Shown here: positions 52,863 to 64,000 of the stretch, in pieces | Layout of the letters: every line of letters begins with the position of its first letter | Position numbering within the stretch: position 1 is the stretch's first letter | NCBI GenBank assembly: GCA_965235115.1 | Contig: OZ249436.1 | Location: 1,242,001 to 1,306,000 of the forward strand | DNA: 64,000 nt | From: Laetmonice hystrix | Lineage: Eukaryota | Direction: 5' to 3' | Notes under the pieces: model-generated | Told to the model about the DNA's origin: nothing | The model's database searches: none | What the model saw: only the letters and a program-made list of their open reading frames with translations | Made by a program: the position numbers and the translations under genes

Positions 52863-53249
52863 TTACGATGTTAGTATGTGTAACAGAATTAGGGAATTAT
52901 CCTTACTATCACCGTTCCTATAGTTTGGTATCACTACAATATGGAACGATATAGGAGTTTCTTGTACAGCGCGGCCGTTGTATGTGGGGAAGAGTAGGGG
53001 AGTTTGATGGTAATGACCTGCTCTAGGCGATCGGAACGGTCCAGACAACCTGAAGACATACGCTTCGCCACGTCGCATTAGTAGACAGATCCTCAAGTAT
53101 CTGCCCCAAGTACTCGTCCCTATTGTGCTCACTTAGCCCGCCAGAACACGATCAACAGCTTTCAGTCAGCTTTCTATGAACGCTTCCAGCACGAGACCTG
53201 CATTTGGCCGTCTCCAATTTGGCGGCGCAGTCAACTGCGCAACTTGGTG

Positions 53250-53817
53250 GGCGGCAGGTCGATGTTATTATTTTACCGAGTAAACTGCTGACAGTGACAG
53301 CGACCTGTCCAGTGATCAGTGGCGGCAGGTCGATGTTATTATTTTACCGAGTAAACTGCTGCCAGTGACAGCGACCTGTCCAGTGATCAGTGGCGGCAGG
53401 TCGATGTTATTATTTTACCGAGTAAACTGCTGCCAGTGACAGCGACCTGTCCAGTGATCAGTGGCGGCAGGTCGATGTTATTATTTTACCGAGTAAACTG
53501 CTGCCAGTGACAGCGACCTGTCCAGTGATCAGTGGCGGCAGGTCGATGTTATTATTTTACCGAGTAAACTGCTGCCAGTGACAGCGACCTGTCCAGTGAT
53601 CAGTGGCGGCAGGTCGATGTTATTATTTTACCGAGTAAACTGCTGCCAGTGACAGCGACCTGTCCAGTGATCAGTGGCGGCAGGTCGATGTTATTATTTT
53701 ACCGAGTAAACTGCTGCCAGTGACAGCGACCTGTCCAGTGATCAGTGGCTGCAGGTCGATGTTATTATTTTACCGAGTAAACTGCTGCCAATGACAGCGA
53801 CCTGTCCAGTGATCAGT
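53250..53817. repeat. 71-bp unit x8, nearly identical
   Basis: GGCGGCAGGTCGATGTTATTATTTTACCGAGTAAACTGCTGCCAGTGACAGCGACCTGTCCAGTGATCAGT repeated. Confidence 0.97.
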
Positions 53818-53857
53818 GCGGGGTGTGTAAAAACGATAACCGATGGTGCCAGTAGTT

Positions 53858-53998
53858 ATACTGTCAGTGGGGTTATCCTACCAATGAGGAGATCAAGGTG
53901 TGTTCTTCAGCTTACGACAATAAATATACTGTCAGTGGGGTTATCCTGTCCTACCAATGAGGGGATCAAGGTGTGTTCTTCAGCTTACGACAATAAAT
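53858..53998. repeat. Two-copy ~70-bp tandem duplication
   Basis: TATACTGTCAGTGGGGTTATCCT..ACCAATGAGG.GATCAAGGTGTGTTCTTCAGCTTACGACAATAAAT twice. Confidence 0.85.
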
Positions 53999-54019
53999 TA
54001 GGTCGGGAGCTTTTCTTTT

Positions 54020-54187
54020 TCTCTGTCTCTCTGTCTCTCTCTGTCTCTCTCTGTCTCTCTCTGTCTCTCTCTGTCTCTCTCTGTCTCTCTCTGTCTCTCT
54101 CTGTCTCTCTCTGTCTCTCTATGTCTCTGTCTCTCTCTGTCTCTCTGTCTCTCTCCCTGTCTCTCTGTCTCTGTATCTCTCTGTCTG

Positions 54188-54226
<39 letters not shown>

Positions 54227-54284
54227 GTCTCTGTCTGTCTCTCTCTCTCCCTCTCCCTCTATCTCTCTCTCTCTCTCTCTCTCT
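54020..54284. repeat. (CTGTCTCTCT)n/(CT)n microsatellite
   Basis: Directly visible. Confidence 0.95.
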
Positions 54285-54568
54285 GGTTTTACTGGCATGT
54301 TCAATCCTTTCGGTGGTCGAAGAATTGTGGGCAGAATTCTTTAGAAAATAATTAAGTACGACACAAGTTTTGTTTAATTAGGTTAACAGTAATGGACCGA
54401 GTACAGGTCCACCTGGAGCGTCACATGGTGTGATGTTCATGGGGAACACGGCAACAGCAAAACATAGGGACGTAAAGGTGCTTCACTTAAAACAAAGGTT
54501 ACACACAAAGATTTGCAGAAAGTAGTATAAAACACTTCTACCTGTAATATGACCATCTGGATTGTTGG

Positions 54569-54890
54569 ATAACATATTCATCTTATACCTATATAACATA
54601 TTCATCTTATACCTATATAACATATTCATCTTATAGGCATACCTATATAACATATTCATCTTATACCTATATAACATATTCATCTCATACCTATCTAACA
54701 TATTCATATTATACCTATATAACATATTCATCTTATACCTAACATATTCATCTTATACCTATATAACATATTCATCTTATAGGCCTACCTATATAACATA
54801 TTCATCTCATACCTATATAACATATTCATCTTATACCTATATAACATATTCATCTTATACATATATAACATATTCATCTTATACCTATAC
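54569..54890. repeat. 24-bp unit (ATAACATATTCATCTTATACCTAT), ~13 copies
   Basis: Directly visible. Confidence 0.95.
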
Positions 54891-55037
54891 AAGATACAAA
54901 TATAATCGTTTTCCTGTGACTAATGACCAAAGAAATCTTCTTTTACAATTCAATGGGAAAGATCCGATTTTGCTCGCAAATTTCGAAAAGAAAATATACA
55001 CCAAAATGAGGTAAATAGTGGCAGGCACATTTGCTTG

Positions 55038-55600
55038 CCATTGTTTCAAGTAAAACTCGCTTCATAATATCTACAAACCATTGTTTCAAGTAAAACTCGC
55101 TTCATAATATCTACAAACCATTGTTTCAAGTAAAACTCGCTTCATAATATCTACAAACCATTGTTTCAAGTAAAACTCGCTTCATAATATCTACAAACCA
55201 TTGTTTCAAGTAAAACTCGCTTCATAATATCTACAAACCATTGTTTCAAGTAAAACTCGCTTCATAATATCTACAAACCATTGTTTCAAGTAAAACTCGC
55301 TTCATAATATCTACAAACCATTGTTTCAAGTAAAACTCGCTTCATAATATCTACAAACCATTGTTTCAAGTAAAACTCGCTTCATAATATCTACAAACCA
55401 TTGTTTCAAGTAAAACTCGCTTCATAATATCTACAAATCATTGTTTCAAGTAAAACTCGCTTCATAATATCTACAAACCATTGTTTCTAGTATAACTCGC
55501 TTCATAATATCTACAAATCATTGTTTCAAGTAAAACTCGCTTCATAATATCTACAAACCATTGTTTCAAGTAAAACTCGCTTCATAATACCTACAAACCA
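55038..55600. repeat. 40-bp unit x14
   Basis: CCATTGTTTCAAGTAAAACTCGCTTCATAATATCTACAAA repeated. Confidence 0.97.
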
Positions 55601-57851
55601 GTAGGGAGAGGGAGAAGGAGAGGGAGAAATATGAATTATGTGAATATGGCCGAATGTTAAACACGTGTGTACCATTCCATATCAAGATCTTCCCCTGCAG
55701 GGCATAATTCCCGCTTTCGTTGTGTGAACAAAGAGGAATACCTGGCTACACCAGCCATTCTGTGGGATCGGTACGCGCAAACCGTGCTATATTGCCCAAG
55801 TGTTTTTTTCTCCTGTAGACCACACAACCACCAGTCATGAATCGCGTAATGCTAGCTGAGAGATAACTCGCCTACGACATGCACAAGGGTCCTGTATCCG
55901 ATGTCCCCCGGGAGGCAGCTCATCCATTGCTGGATACGAACCGCTTCAGCGGAAATAGAATGGCCACTTGCCGGGCGAACTTAACGAACCTTCTGACCTT
56001 ATGGAAACGAGAAAAACGCATGACTTTTAACATGTAACGATAAAGGATAGAGGAACTTTAGTTGCTCAAATGTAAACTGGATTGTGGGTTGCGTGTAAAC
56101 ATGCACTTGTTGGCTCAGTGAACACCAGCATTGACTACATTAAATCGCTTTGGTTATGTTACAGCATGGTCTGGAGGTCAACACACAGGTCAAATGTATA
56201 GTCACAAACGAAAAAATACGACACACAATGGGGGGGGGGGGGGGGGATTTAGCCGAAACTGTTCAACAACAACGAAAAGTTCCAGATTTCGTATCATGCG
56301 TACACCCCGACAAATACCCGTGCACTCAAGGTTAATACTAACTTCTCAAGGCATAATTTTACTTTTTAATTTCGAGTCCGCAGCATGGCCAATTTCTTTC
56401 ACAAACACATGATATACGAGAGCTATTGCTCGCTCCTGTGCTGTTAAGGAAGACACTAATAAATGGAAGATTTGTTTCGGCTTGACGATGGCCAACAGTT
56501 GCCGGCAGGGATTTAAGCAATCAATGTGGCGCCGCCACAACCATCACAACCAGGAAATATAAAAGTTACTTATGTTTGATATTTGCGTCAGATTTCTGTG
56601 TATTTGGATAATGAGAGTGTGGATTTTAATCTACAGTGTGGGCTAACAGTACGCGGGGGTTCTGTCAGGCCTATTACACTGTCGAAGTATTAATTAAATT
56701 TTTCAGAGGCTCTGTTAACGACAAACTGCGTGCGAACCAGCATGACTGTCACACTTCGGCTGAACGTCTATTAATAATAGTTGAGTCGCCAACTGTCGCC
56801 CACGTCGCCGCCCGCTGGGAAGTCGCCGACTAAAAGAGGTCGCCCCATCTTTTTTGTGTGCTCCTGAACGCCAGTCGACGTCAAATTCCAATCGTTGCTG
56901 TGTCGACTACGAATGCATGCACCTTTAAGGCGACAAGAAAGGCTTCAGTCAAACCTGCTAGTGGTTGGCAGGCCAGAATGACAAAGGCCGGTGGGAGGAA
57001 GTAAATATCCTGTCGGGAGAAAATGTTGTGAGGCTGCTTCCTGCCTTCTGCGCGAGTCTAGCGTTCTCGGCAGCTAACACCATATTCTTATCATGTGTCC
57101 TCGTTCGGTAGTAGAACGCCGATTTAACGCTAAACCCGCGTCGCAACTGAATAAAGAGAAGCCACGTCATGACGTCACAAACTCGAAAACGGGTCTCGCA
57201 CCCGTACGGCCTGGACGATGTCAATGGTCATCATCTACAGCATGCTGCAGGTTCCCCCGTAAGTGGCGGCTACGTCGCCCACTGACTGATTGGCCTTCAA
57301 ACTATCCGAAAGAGAGGGCTGTTCGCTAGAAAGGCGGCCTACATGATTTCGCCTGCCCGCTCGTGTGTTCTTGTCACATGTCAGGGGCTCTAATTGCCTC
57401 CCCCGACCCACCTGCTTTACGGAACCCCACGATCCCCGTCAAACTGCCCACCAGCTGCCCGTAAAGGGCTCCGGATTGACCCACAGATCAAGCTGGGGGA
57501 TCCCTAAATGTAATTAGCCAGCCAGGATCCTAGAGGGCTTTGAAACATTTGCCATTTCCGTGTCCACGGGACGTAAACATGACGAGATTGGCGAAATGGG
57601 AGACGTATTTAACCAGGCTTACTGGTAGTGCCAGAACGCTTACGGCAAGACGTGACAGGGGTCCCTGCGGGTAGCAAATCACAGCAACCCATTGAACAGT
57701 TTGTCCAGTAAGTGAAGTATTAGCATTATCAGATAAATGTGTACAATAACTAAGCAGCCTTTAATACCGGTAAATCAATGTCGAATTGAATCTTTAATCT
57801 TCAGTGTAAAGTCCCTCTGAACACATCTACGAACATTTTAAGGCGATGAGG

Positions 57852-58147
57852 GGGCGACCATTAGATATTTAAGGTGGGGCCTGGGGTTTTTTCTTGGGAA
57901 TATTTTTTTATTTCAAAGAGTGGACTGCCTCAATTACTTTTTACCAACCCTCATGGCAAAATTTTATTTATTTCACATGAGACTCGTTATTTATTTCCAG
58001 ATACTAATAACACATTTAACACAAATAACACGTCTTTCGGGTATGGCCAGGGAGAATTTATTCATTTCACCACTTTTCCACCCGAAATGATTTATTTCCA
58101 AAAACACCCAGCCCCCCCCCCCTCGCCTAAATATCTAATGGTCGCCC
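57852..58147. mobile_element. MITE (~296 bp) with perfect 20-bp TIRs
   Basis: GGGCGACCATTAGATATTTA / TAAATATCTAATGGTCGCCC; AT-rich interior; TSD not clean. Confidence 0.75.
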
Positions 58148-58406
58148 TGTAATCGTCAACCCACTTCTTGTCTAGGGAAAGTTGAAAAGTAATAGGTTTA
58201 AAATACCTTATTAGTCGTGACAGTCGTTACCCAGACCAATCTAACCGGCAGAAGTAACTAGAATGTATAGATACTGCTTGCCAAACGCAATACTTGGGCC
58301 AGGGCCAATAAACCAATCACAGCGTTCGTTCCAACCCGTCCATGGATTTTAAAGATGACAGAGTGCAGATCGACATTGTAGCTGGCCTGTTGTTGTTTTT
58401 GTTCCC

Positions 58407-58587
58407 TTCTTCTTCTCTTCTTCTTCTTCTTCTTCTTCTTCTTCTTCTTCTTCTTCTTCTTCTTCTTCTTCTTCTTCTTCTTCTTCTTCTTCTTCTTCTT
58501 CTTCTTCTTCTTCTTCTTCTTCTTCTTCTTCTTCTTCTTCTTCTTCTTCTTCTTCTTCTTCTTCTTCTTCTTCTTCTTCTTCTTCTT
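58407..58587. repeat. (CTT)n microsatellite, ~60 units
   Basis: Directly visible; source of the poly-K and poly-L ORFs. Confidence 0.97.
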
Positions 58588-59259
58588 CGTGAAATACACG
58601 TGATAAGTGTTTAGCCGTACAGCCAGAAAAAAAAATTAGGGTACGGACCAGAGGAGGGGTCCAGCGCCAGTGCTGTCATCTATATTAAAACATATGCGCT
58701 CGCAGGCCCCATTGCTCAAGGCATCATCGGGAAGTTTTTACAGGCATGAGAATCTTCCGCCGATCGGCGGAATTCCGATTTCTTCAAGTGATTTTGGTCA
58801 TTCTTGAGATCGATGCAAATCCGTTGAGAAAAATTTCAGTGTTATGGGGGGTGGGGGGTGGGGGGTGGGGGGCTATCCAACTCCAGACTACCCAATGATT
58901 TTGAGGGTACAGATCCGTACCCTGGAAAAAATTTTAGGGTGCGGAATTTTACCCATTTTACCCTCTGGCGGAAACCCTGTTGAAGGCAAAAAAAAGAGAG
59001 TTTCGTTTCTTTTCCTTTCATGTGTGTGAATGTAAAAAAAAAGTTGGTGCGGTGACGCGGTTTTTTTCTCTTTTCTCTTTTTTTGTGTGGATGCAGCCAG
59101 ACAATGGCCGATTCTTCGAATGCAATTGCTGTTGGGAACATGAACAAATCTTGAAGAAAAAATTAATGCAATGATTTTCAATGTTTTATTAAAGAATGTG
59201 AAAACTCACATAAAAAGCAATAAGACTAACAGAAACGTTGTAACGTTCTGTCACAGCGC

Positions 59260-59554
59260 TACACTGCCCACCATACACTGCCCACCATACACTGCCCACC
59301 ATGCACTGCCCACCATGCACTGCCCACCATACACTGCCCACCATACACTGCCCACCATACACTGACCACCATACACTGCCCACCATACACTGCCCACCAT
59401 ACACTGCCCACCATACACTGCCCACCATACACTGCCCACCATACACTGCCCACCATGCACTGCCCACCATGCACTGCCCACCATGCACTGCCCACCATGC
59501 ACTGCCCACCATGCACTGCCCACCATACACTACCCACCATACACTGCCCACCAT
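59260..59554. repeat. 14-bp unit ((A/G)CACTGCCCACCAT), ~21 copies
   Basis: Directly visible. Confidence 0.96.
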
Positions 59555-59936
59555 AAAAAAAAAATACTTGACGTGGGGAATTTTAGGTGACGCGCGCTGG
59601 GACAAGAAACGCAACCATTTTTTGGCCTAAGTAATCCGTCAACAATGGTCTAAATTCACGACGTGACGGCTAGCCTTAATCGCTATCCATTACAGTTACG
59701 GACATTGAACCGAGCAACATGAAGAGGAAATTGCATTCAATGTACCGATGAGACAAATTACATGAAGTATAGGTGTTCACATTACGTTTAACAGGTCATG
59801 TGTCATCATTGTGAGCCAGTGCCAGCTCTCGTGCCATGTTCCATGAACCGAGGTCCTTGCTTTCAGTGGTGATAAATGCCATGTTATCGTGTTTAAATCA
59901 GTGGCACCACCGGGGTCCTTTAGACACACACACACA

Positions 59937-62900
59937 CACTTCGTTATCCCCTACAGTGGTCTAATGTTCCTGACCGCGACCTCAGGGTATCACTTCGTTA
60001 TCCCCTACAGTGGTCTAATGTTCCTACCCGCGACCTCAGGGTATCACTTCGTTATCCCCTACAGTGGTCTAATGTTCCTACCCGCGACCTCAGGGTATCC
60101 CACTTCGTTATCCCCTACAGTGGTCTAATGTTCCTACCCGCGACCTCAGGGTATCACTTCGTTATCCCCTACAGTGGTCTAATGTTCCTACCCGCGACCT
60201 CAGGGTATCCCACTTCGTTATCCCCTACAGTGGTCTAATGTTCCTGACCGCGACCTCAGGGTATCCCACTTCGTTATCCCCTACAGTGGTCTAATGTTCC
60301 TAACCGCGACCTCAGGGTATCCCACTTCGTTATCCCCTACAGTGGTCTAATGTTCCTACCCGCAACCTCAGGGTATCCCACTTCGTTATCCCCTACAGTG
60401 GTCTAATGTTCCTAACCGCGACCTCAGGGTAACACTTCGTTATCCCCTACAGTGGTCTAATGTTCCCAACCGCGACCTCAGGGTATCCCACTTCGTTATC
60501 CCCTACAGTGGTCTAATGTTCCTACCCGCGACCTCAGGGTATCCCACTTCGTTATCCCCTACAGTGGTCTAATGTTCCTAACCGCGACCTCAGGGTATCA
60601 CTTCGTTATCCCCTACAGTGGTCTAATGTTCCTAACCGCGACCTCAGGGTATCCCACTTCGTTATCCCCTACAGTGGTCTAATGTTCCTGACCGCGACCT
60701 CAGGGTATCACTTCGTTATCCCCTACAGTGGTCTAATGTTCCTACCCGCGACCTCAGGGTATCACTTCGTTATCCCCTACAGTGGTCTAATGTTCCTACC
60801 CGCAACCTCAGGGTATCACTTCGTTATCCCCTACAGTGGTCTAATGTTCCTACCCGCAACCTCAGGGTATCCCACTTCGTTATCCCCTACAGTGGTCTAA
60901 TGTTCCTAACCGCGACCTCAGGGTATCACTTCGTTATCCCCTACAGTGGTCTAATGTTCCTAACCGCGACCTCAGGGTATCCCACTTCGTTATCCCCTAC
61001 AGTGGTCTAATGTTCCTACCCGCGACCTCAGGGTATCACTTCGTTATCCCCTACAGTGGTCTAATGTTCCTAACCGCGACCTCAGGGTATCCCACTTCGT
61101 TATCCCCTACAGTGGTCTAATGTTCCTACCCGCGACCTCAGGGTATCCCACTTCGTTATCCCCTACAGTGGTCTAATGTTCCTACCCGCGACCTCAGGGT
61201 ATCACTTCGTTATCCCCTACAGTGGTCTAATGTTCCTACCCGCGACCTCAGGGTATCACTTCGTTATCCCCTACAGTGGTCTAATGTTCCTAACCGCGAC
61301 CTCAGGGTATCACTTCGTTATCCCCTACAGTGGTCTAATGTTCCTACCCGCGACCTCAGGGTATCCCACTTCGTTATCCCCTACAGTGGTCTAATGTTCC
61401 TAACCGCGACCTCAGGGTATCACTTCGTCATCCCCTACAGTGGTCTAATGTTCCTACCCGCGACCTCAGGGTATCCCACTTCGTTATCCCCTACAGTGGT
61501 CTAATGTTCCTAACCGGGACCTCAGGGTATCACTTCGTTATCCCCTACAGTGGTCTAATGTTCCTACCCGCGACCTCAGGGTATCCCACTTCGTTATCCC
61601 CTACAGTGGTCTAATGTTCCTACCCGCGACCTCAGGGTATCACTTCGTTATCCCCTACAGTGGTCTAATGTTCCTAACCGGGACCTCAGGGTATCACTTC
61701 GTTATCCCCTACAGTGGTCTAATGTTCCTACCCGCGACCTCAGGGTATCACTTCGTTATCCCCTACAGTGGTCTAATGTTCCTAACCGCGACCTCAGGGT
61801 ATCACTTCGTTATCCCCTACAGTGGTCTAATGTTCCTGACCGCGACCTCAGGGTATCACTTCGTTATCCCCTACAGTGGTCTAATGTTCCTAACCGGGAC
61901 CTCAGGGTATCACTTCGTTATCCCCTACAGTGGTCTAATGTTCCTAACCGCGACCTCAGAGTATCACTTCGTTATCCCCTACAGTGGTCTAATGTTCCTA
62001 CCCGCGACCTCAGGGTATCCCACTTCGTTATCCCGTACAGTGGTCTAATGTTCCTACCCGCGACCTCAGAGTATCCCACTTCGTTATCCCTTACAGTGGT
62101 CTAATGTTCCTAACCGCGACCTCAGGGTATCCCACTTCGTTATCCCCTACAGTGGTCTAATGTTCCTACCCGCGACCTCAGGGTATCCCACTTCGTTATC
62201 CCCTACAGTGGTCTAATGTTCCTACCCGCGACCTCAGAGTATCCCACTTCGTTATCCCTTACAGTGGTCTAATGTTCCTAACCGCGACCTCAGGGTATCA
62301 CTTCGTTATCCCCTACAGTGGTCTAATGTTCCTACCCGCGACCTCAGGGTATCACTTCGTTATCCCCTACAGTGGTCTAATGTTCCTACCCGCGACCTCA
62401 GGGTATCCCACTTCGTTATCCCCTACAGTGGTCTAATGTTCCTACCCGCGACCTCAGAGTATCCCACTTCGTTATCCCCTACAGTGGTCTAATGTTCCTA
62501 ACCGCGACCTCAGAGTATCACTTCGTTATCCCTTACAGTGGTCTAATGTTCCTACCCGCGACCTCAGGGTATCACTTCGTTATCCCCTACAGTGGTCTAA
62601 TGTTCCTGACCGCGACCTCAGAGTATCCCACTTCGTTATCCCCTACAGTGGTCTAATGTTCCTGACCGCGACCTCAGGGTATCCCACTTCGTTATCCCCT
62701 ACAGTGGTCTAATGTTCCTAACCGCGACCTCAGAGTATCACTTCGTTATCCTCTACAGTGGTCTAATGTTCCTACCCGCGACCTCAGGGTATCACTTCGT
62801 TATCCCCTACAGTGGTCTAATGTTCCTACCCGCGACCTCAGGGTATCCCACTTCGTTATCCCCTACAGTGGTCTAATGTTCCTGACCGCGACCTCAGGGT

Positions 62901-64000
62901 ATCCCACTTCGTTATCCCCTACAGCGGTCTAATGTTCCTACCCGCGACCTCAGGGTATCACTTCGTTATCCCCTACAGTGGTCTAATGTTCCTACCCGCG
63001 ACCTCAGGGTATCCCACTTCGTTATCCCCTACAGTGGTCTAATGTTCCTACCCGCGACCTCAGGGTATCCCACTTCGTTATCCCCTACAGTGGTCTAATG
63101 TTCCTACCCGCGACCTCAGGGTATCACTTCGTTATCCCCTACAGTGGTCTAATGTTCCTGACCGCGACCTCAGGGTATCACTTCGTCATCCCCTACAGTG
63201 GTCTAATGTTCCTAACCGCGACCTCAGGGTATCACTTCGTCATCCCCTACAGTGGTCTAATGTTCCTAACCGCGACCTCAGGGTATCACTTCGTCATCCC
63301 CTACAGTGGTCTAATGTTCCTAACCGCGACCTCAGGGTATCCCACTTCGTTATCCCCTACAGTGGTCTAATGTTCCTGACCGCGACCTCAGGGTATCACT
63401 TCGTTATCCTCTACAGTGGTCTAATGTTCCTACCCGCGACCTCAGGGTATCACTTCGTTATCCCCTACAGTGGTCTAATGTTCCTAACCGCGACCTCAGG
63501 GTATCCCACTTCGTTATCCCCTACAGTGGTCTAATGTTCCTGACCGCGACCTCAGGGTATCCCACTTCGTTATCCCCTACAGCGGTCTAATGTTCCTACC
63601 CGCGACCTCAGGGTATCACTTCGTCATCCCCTACAGTGGTCTAATGTTCCTGACCGCGACCTCAGGGTATCACTTCGTTATCCCCTACAGTGGTCTAATG
63701 TTCCTGACCGCGACCTCAGGGTATCACTTCGTCATCCCCTACAGTGGTCTAATGTTCCTAACCGTGACCTCAGGGTATCCCACTTCGTTATCCCGTACAG
63801 TGGTCTAATGTTCCTGACCGCGACCTCAGGGTATCCCACTTCGTTACCCCCTACAGTGGTCTAATGTTCCTAACCGCGACCTCAGAGTATCACTTCGTTA
63901 TCCCCTACAGTGGTCTAATGTTCCTGACCGCGACCTCAGGGTATCACTTCGTCATCCCCTACAGTGGTCTAATGTTCCTACCCGCGACCTCAGAGTATCA
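59937..64000. repeat. 54/56-bp satellite, >70 copies, runs off the window end
   Basis: CACTTCGTTATCCCCTACAGTGGTCTAATGTTCCT(AC/AA/GA)CCGCGACCTCAGGGTAT(CC) repeated. Confidence 0.97.

Noticed and set aside
56634..56833. Candidate GPCR exon 2 (CAG|TG TGG GCT ... VWANSTRGFCQ)
   Set aside because: Phase-compatible W...C, but the spacing is off and no hydrophobic TM3 or DRY motif follows.

Overview
Repeat-rich eukaryotic DNA, most likely from an invertebrate animal (spliceosomal introns, GPCR exon, MITEs; no prokaryotic genes, rRNA or CRISPR). The only host gene visible is the first coding exon (6765-7044, +) of a rhodopsin-class neuropeptide receptor (SIFamide/NPFF-receptor-like). No downstream exon was found, so the rest of the window is probably a very large intron. 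About 40% of the window is made of more than 20 unrelated tandem arrays (units 12-96 bp), which account for most of the long ORFs in the ORF track. The most notable object is a 4.64-kb PIF/Harbinger-type element (8803-13441, TTA target duplication, 21-bp imperfect TIRs) inserted cleanly into a 73/75-bp satellite. It carries an intact three-exon MADF(Myb/SANT)+BESS-like gene (354 aa) but no recognisable transposase. Also present: a 655-bp TAG...CTA insertion with an 8-bp TSD, a Kolobok-type MITE (TTAA), Harbinger-type MITEs, foldback elements with telomere-like cores or an amplified arm, and a CR1-group LINE 3' fragment containing an in-frame 21-bp expansion. Family assignments rest on motif recognition only; no database search was run.
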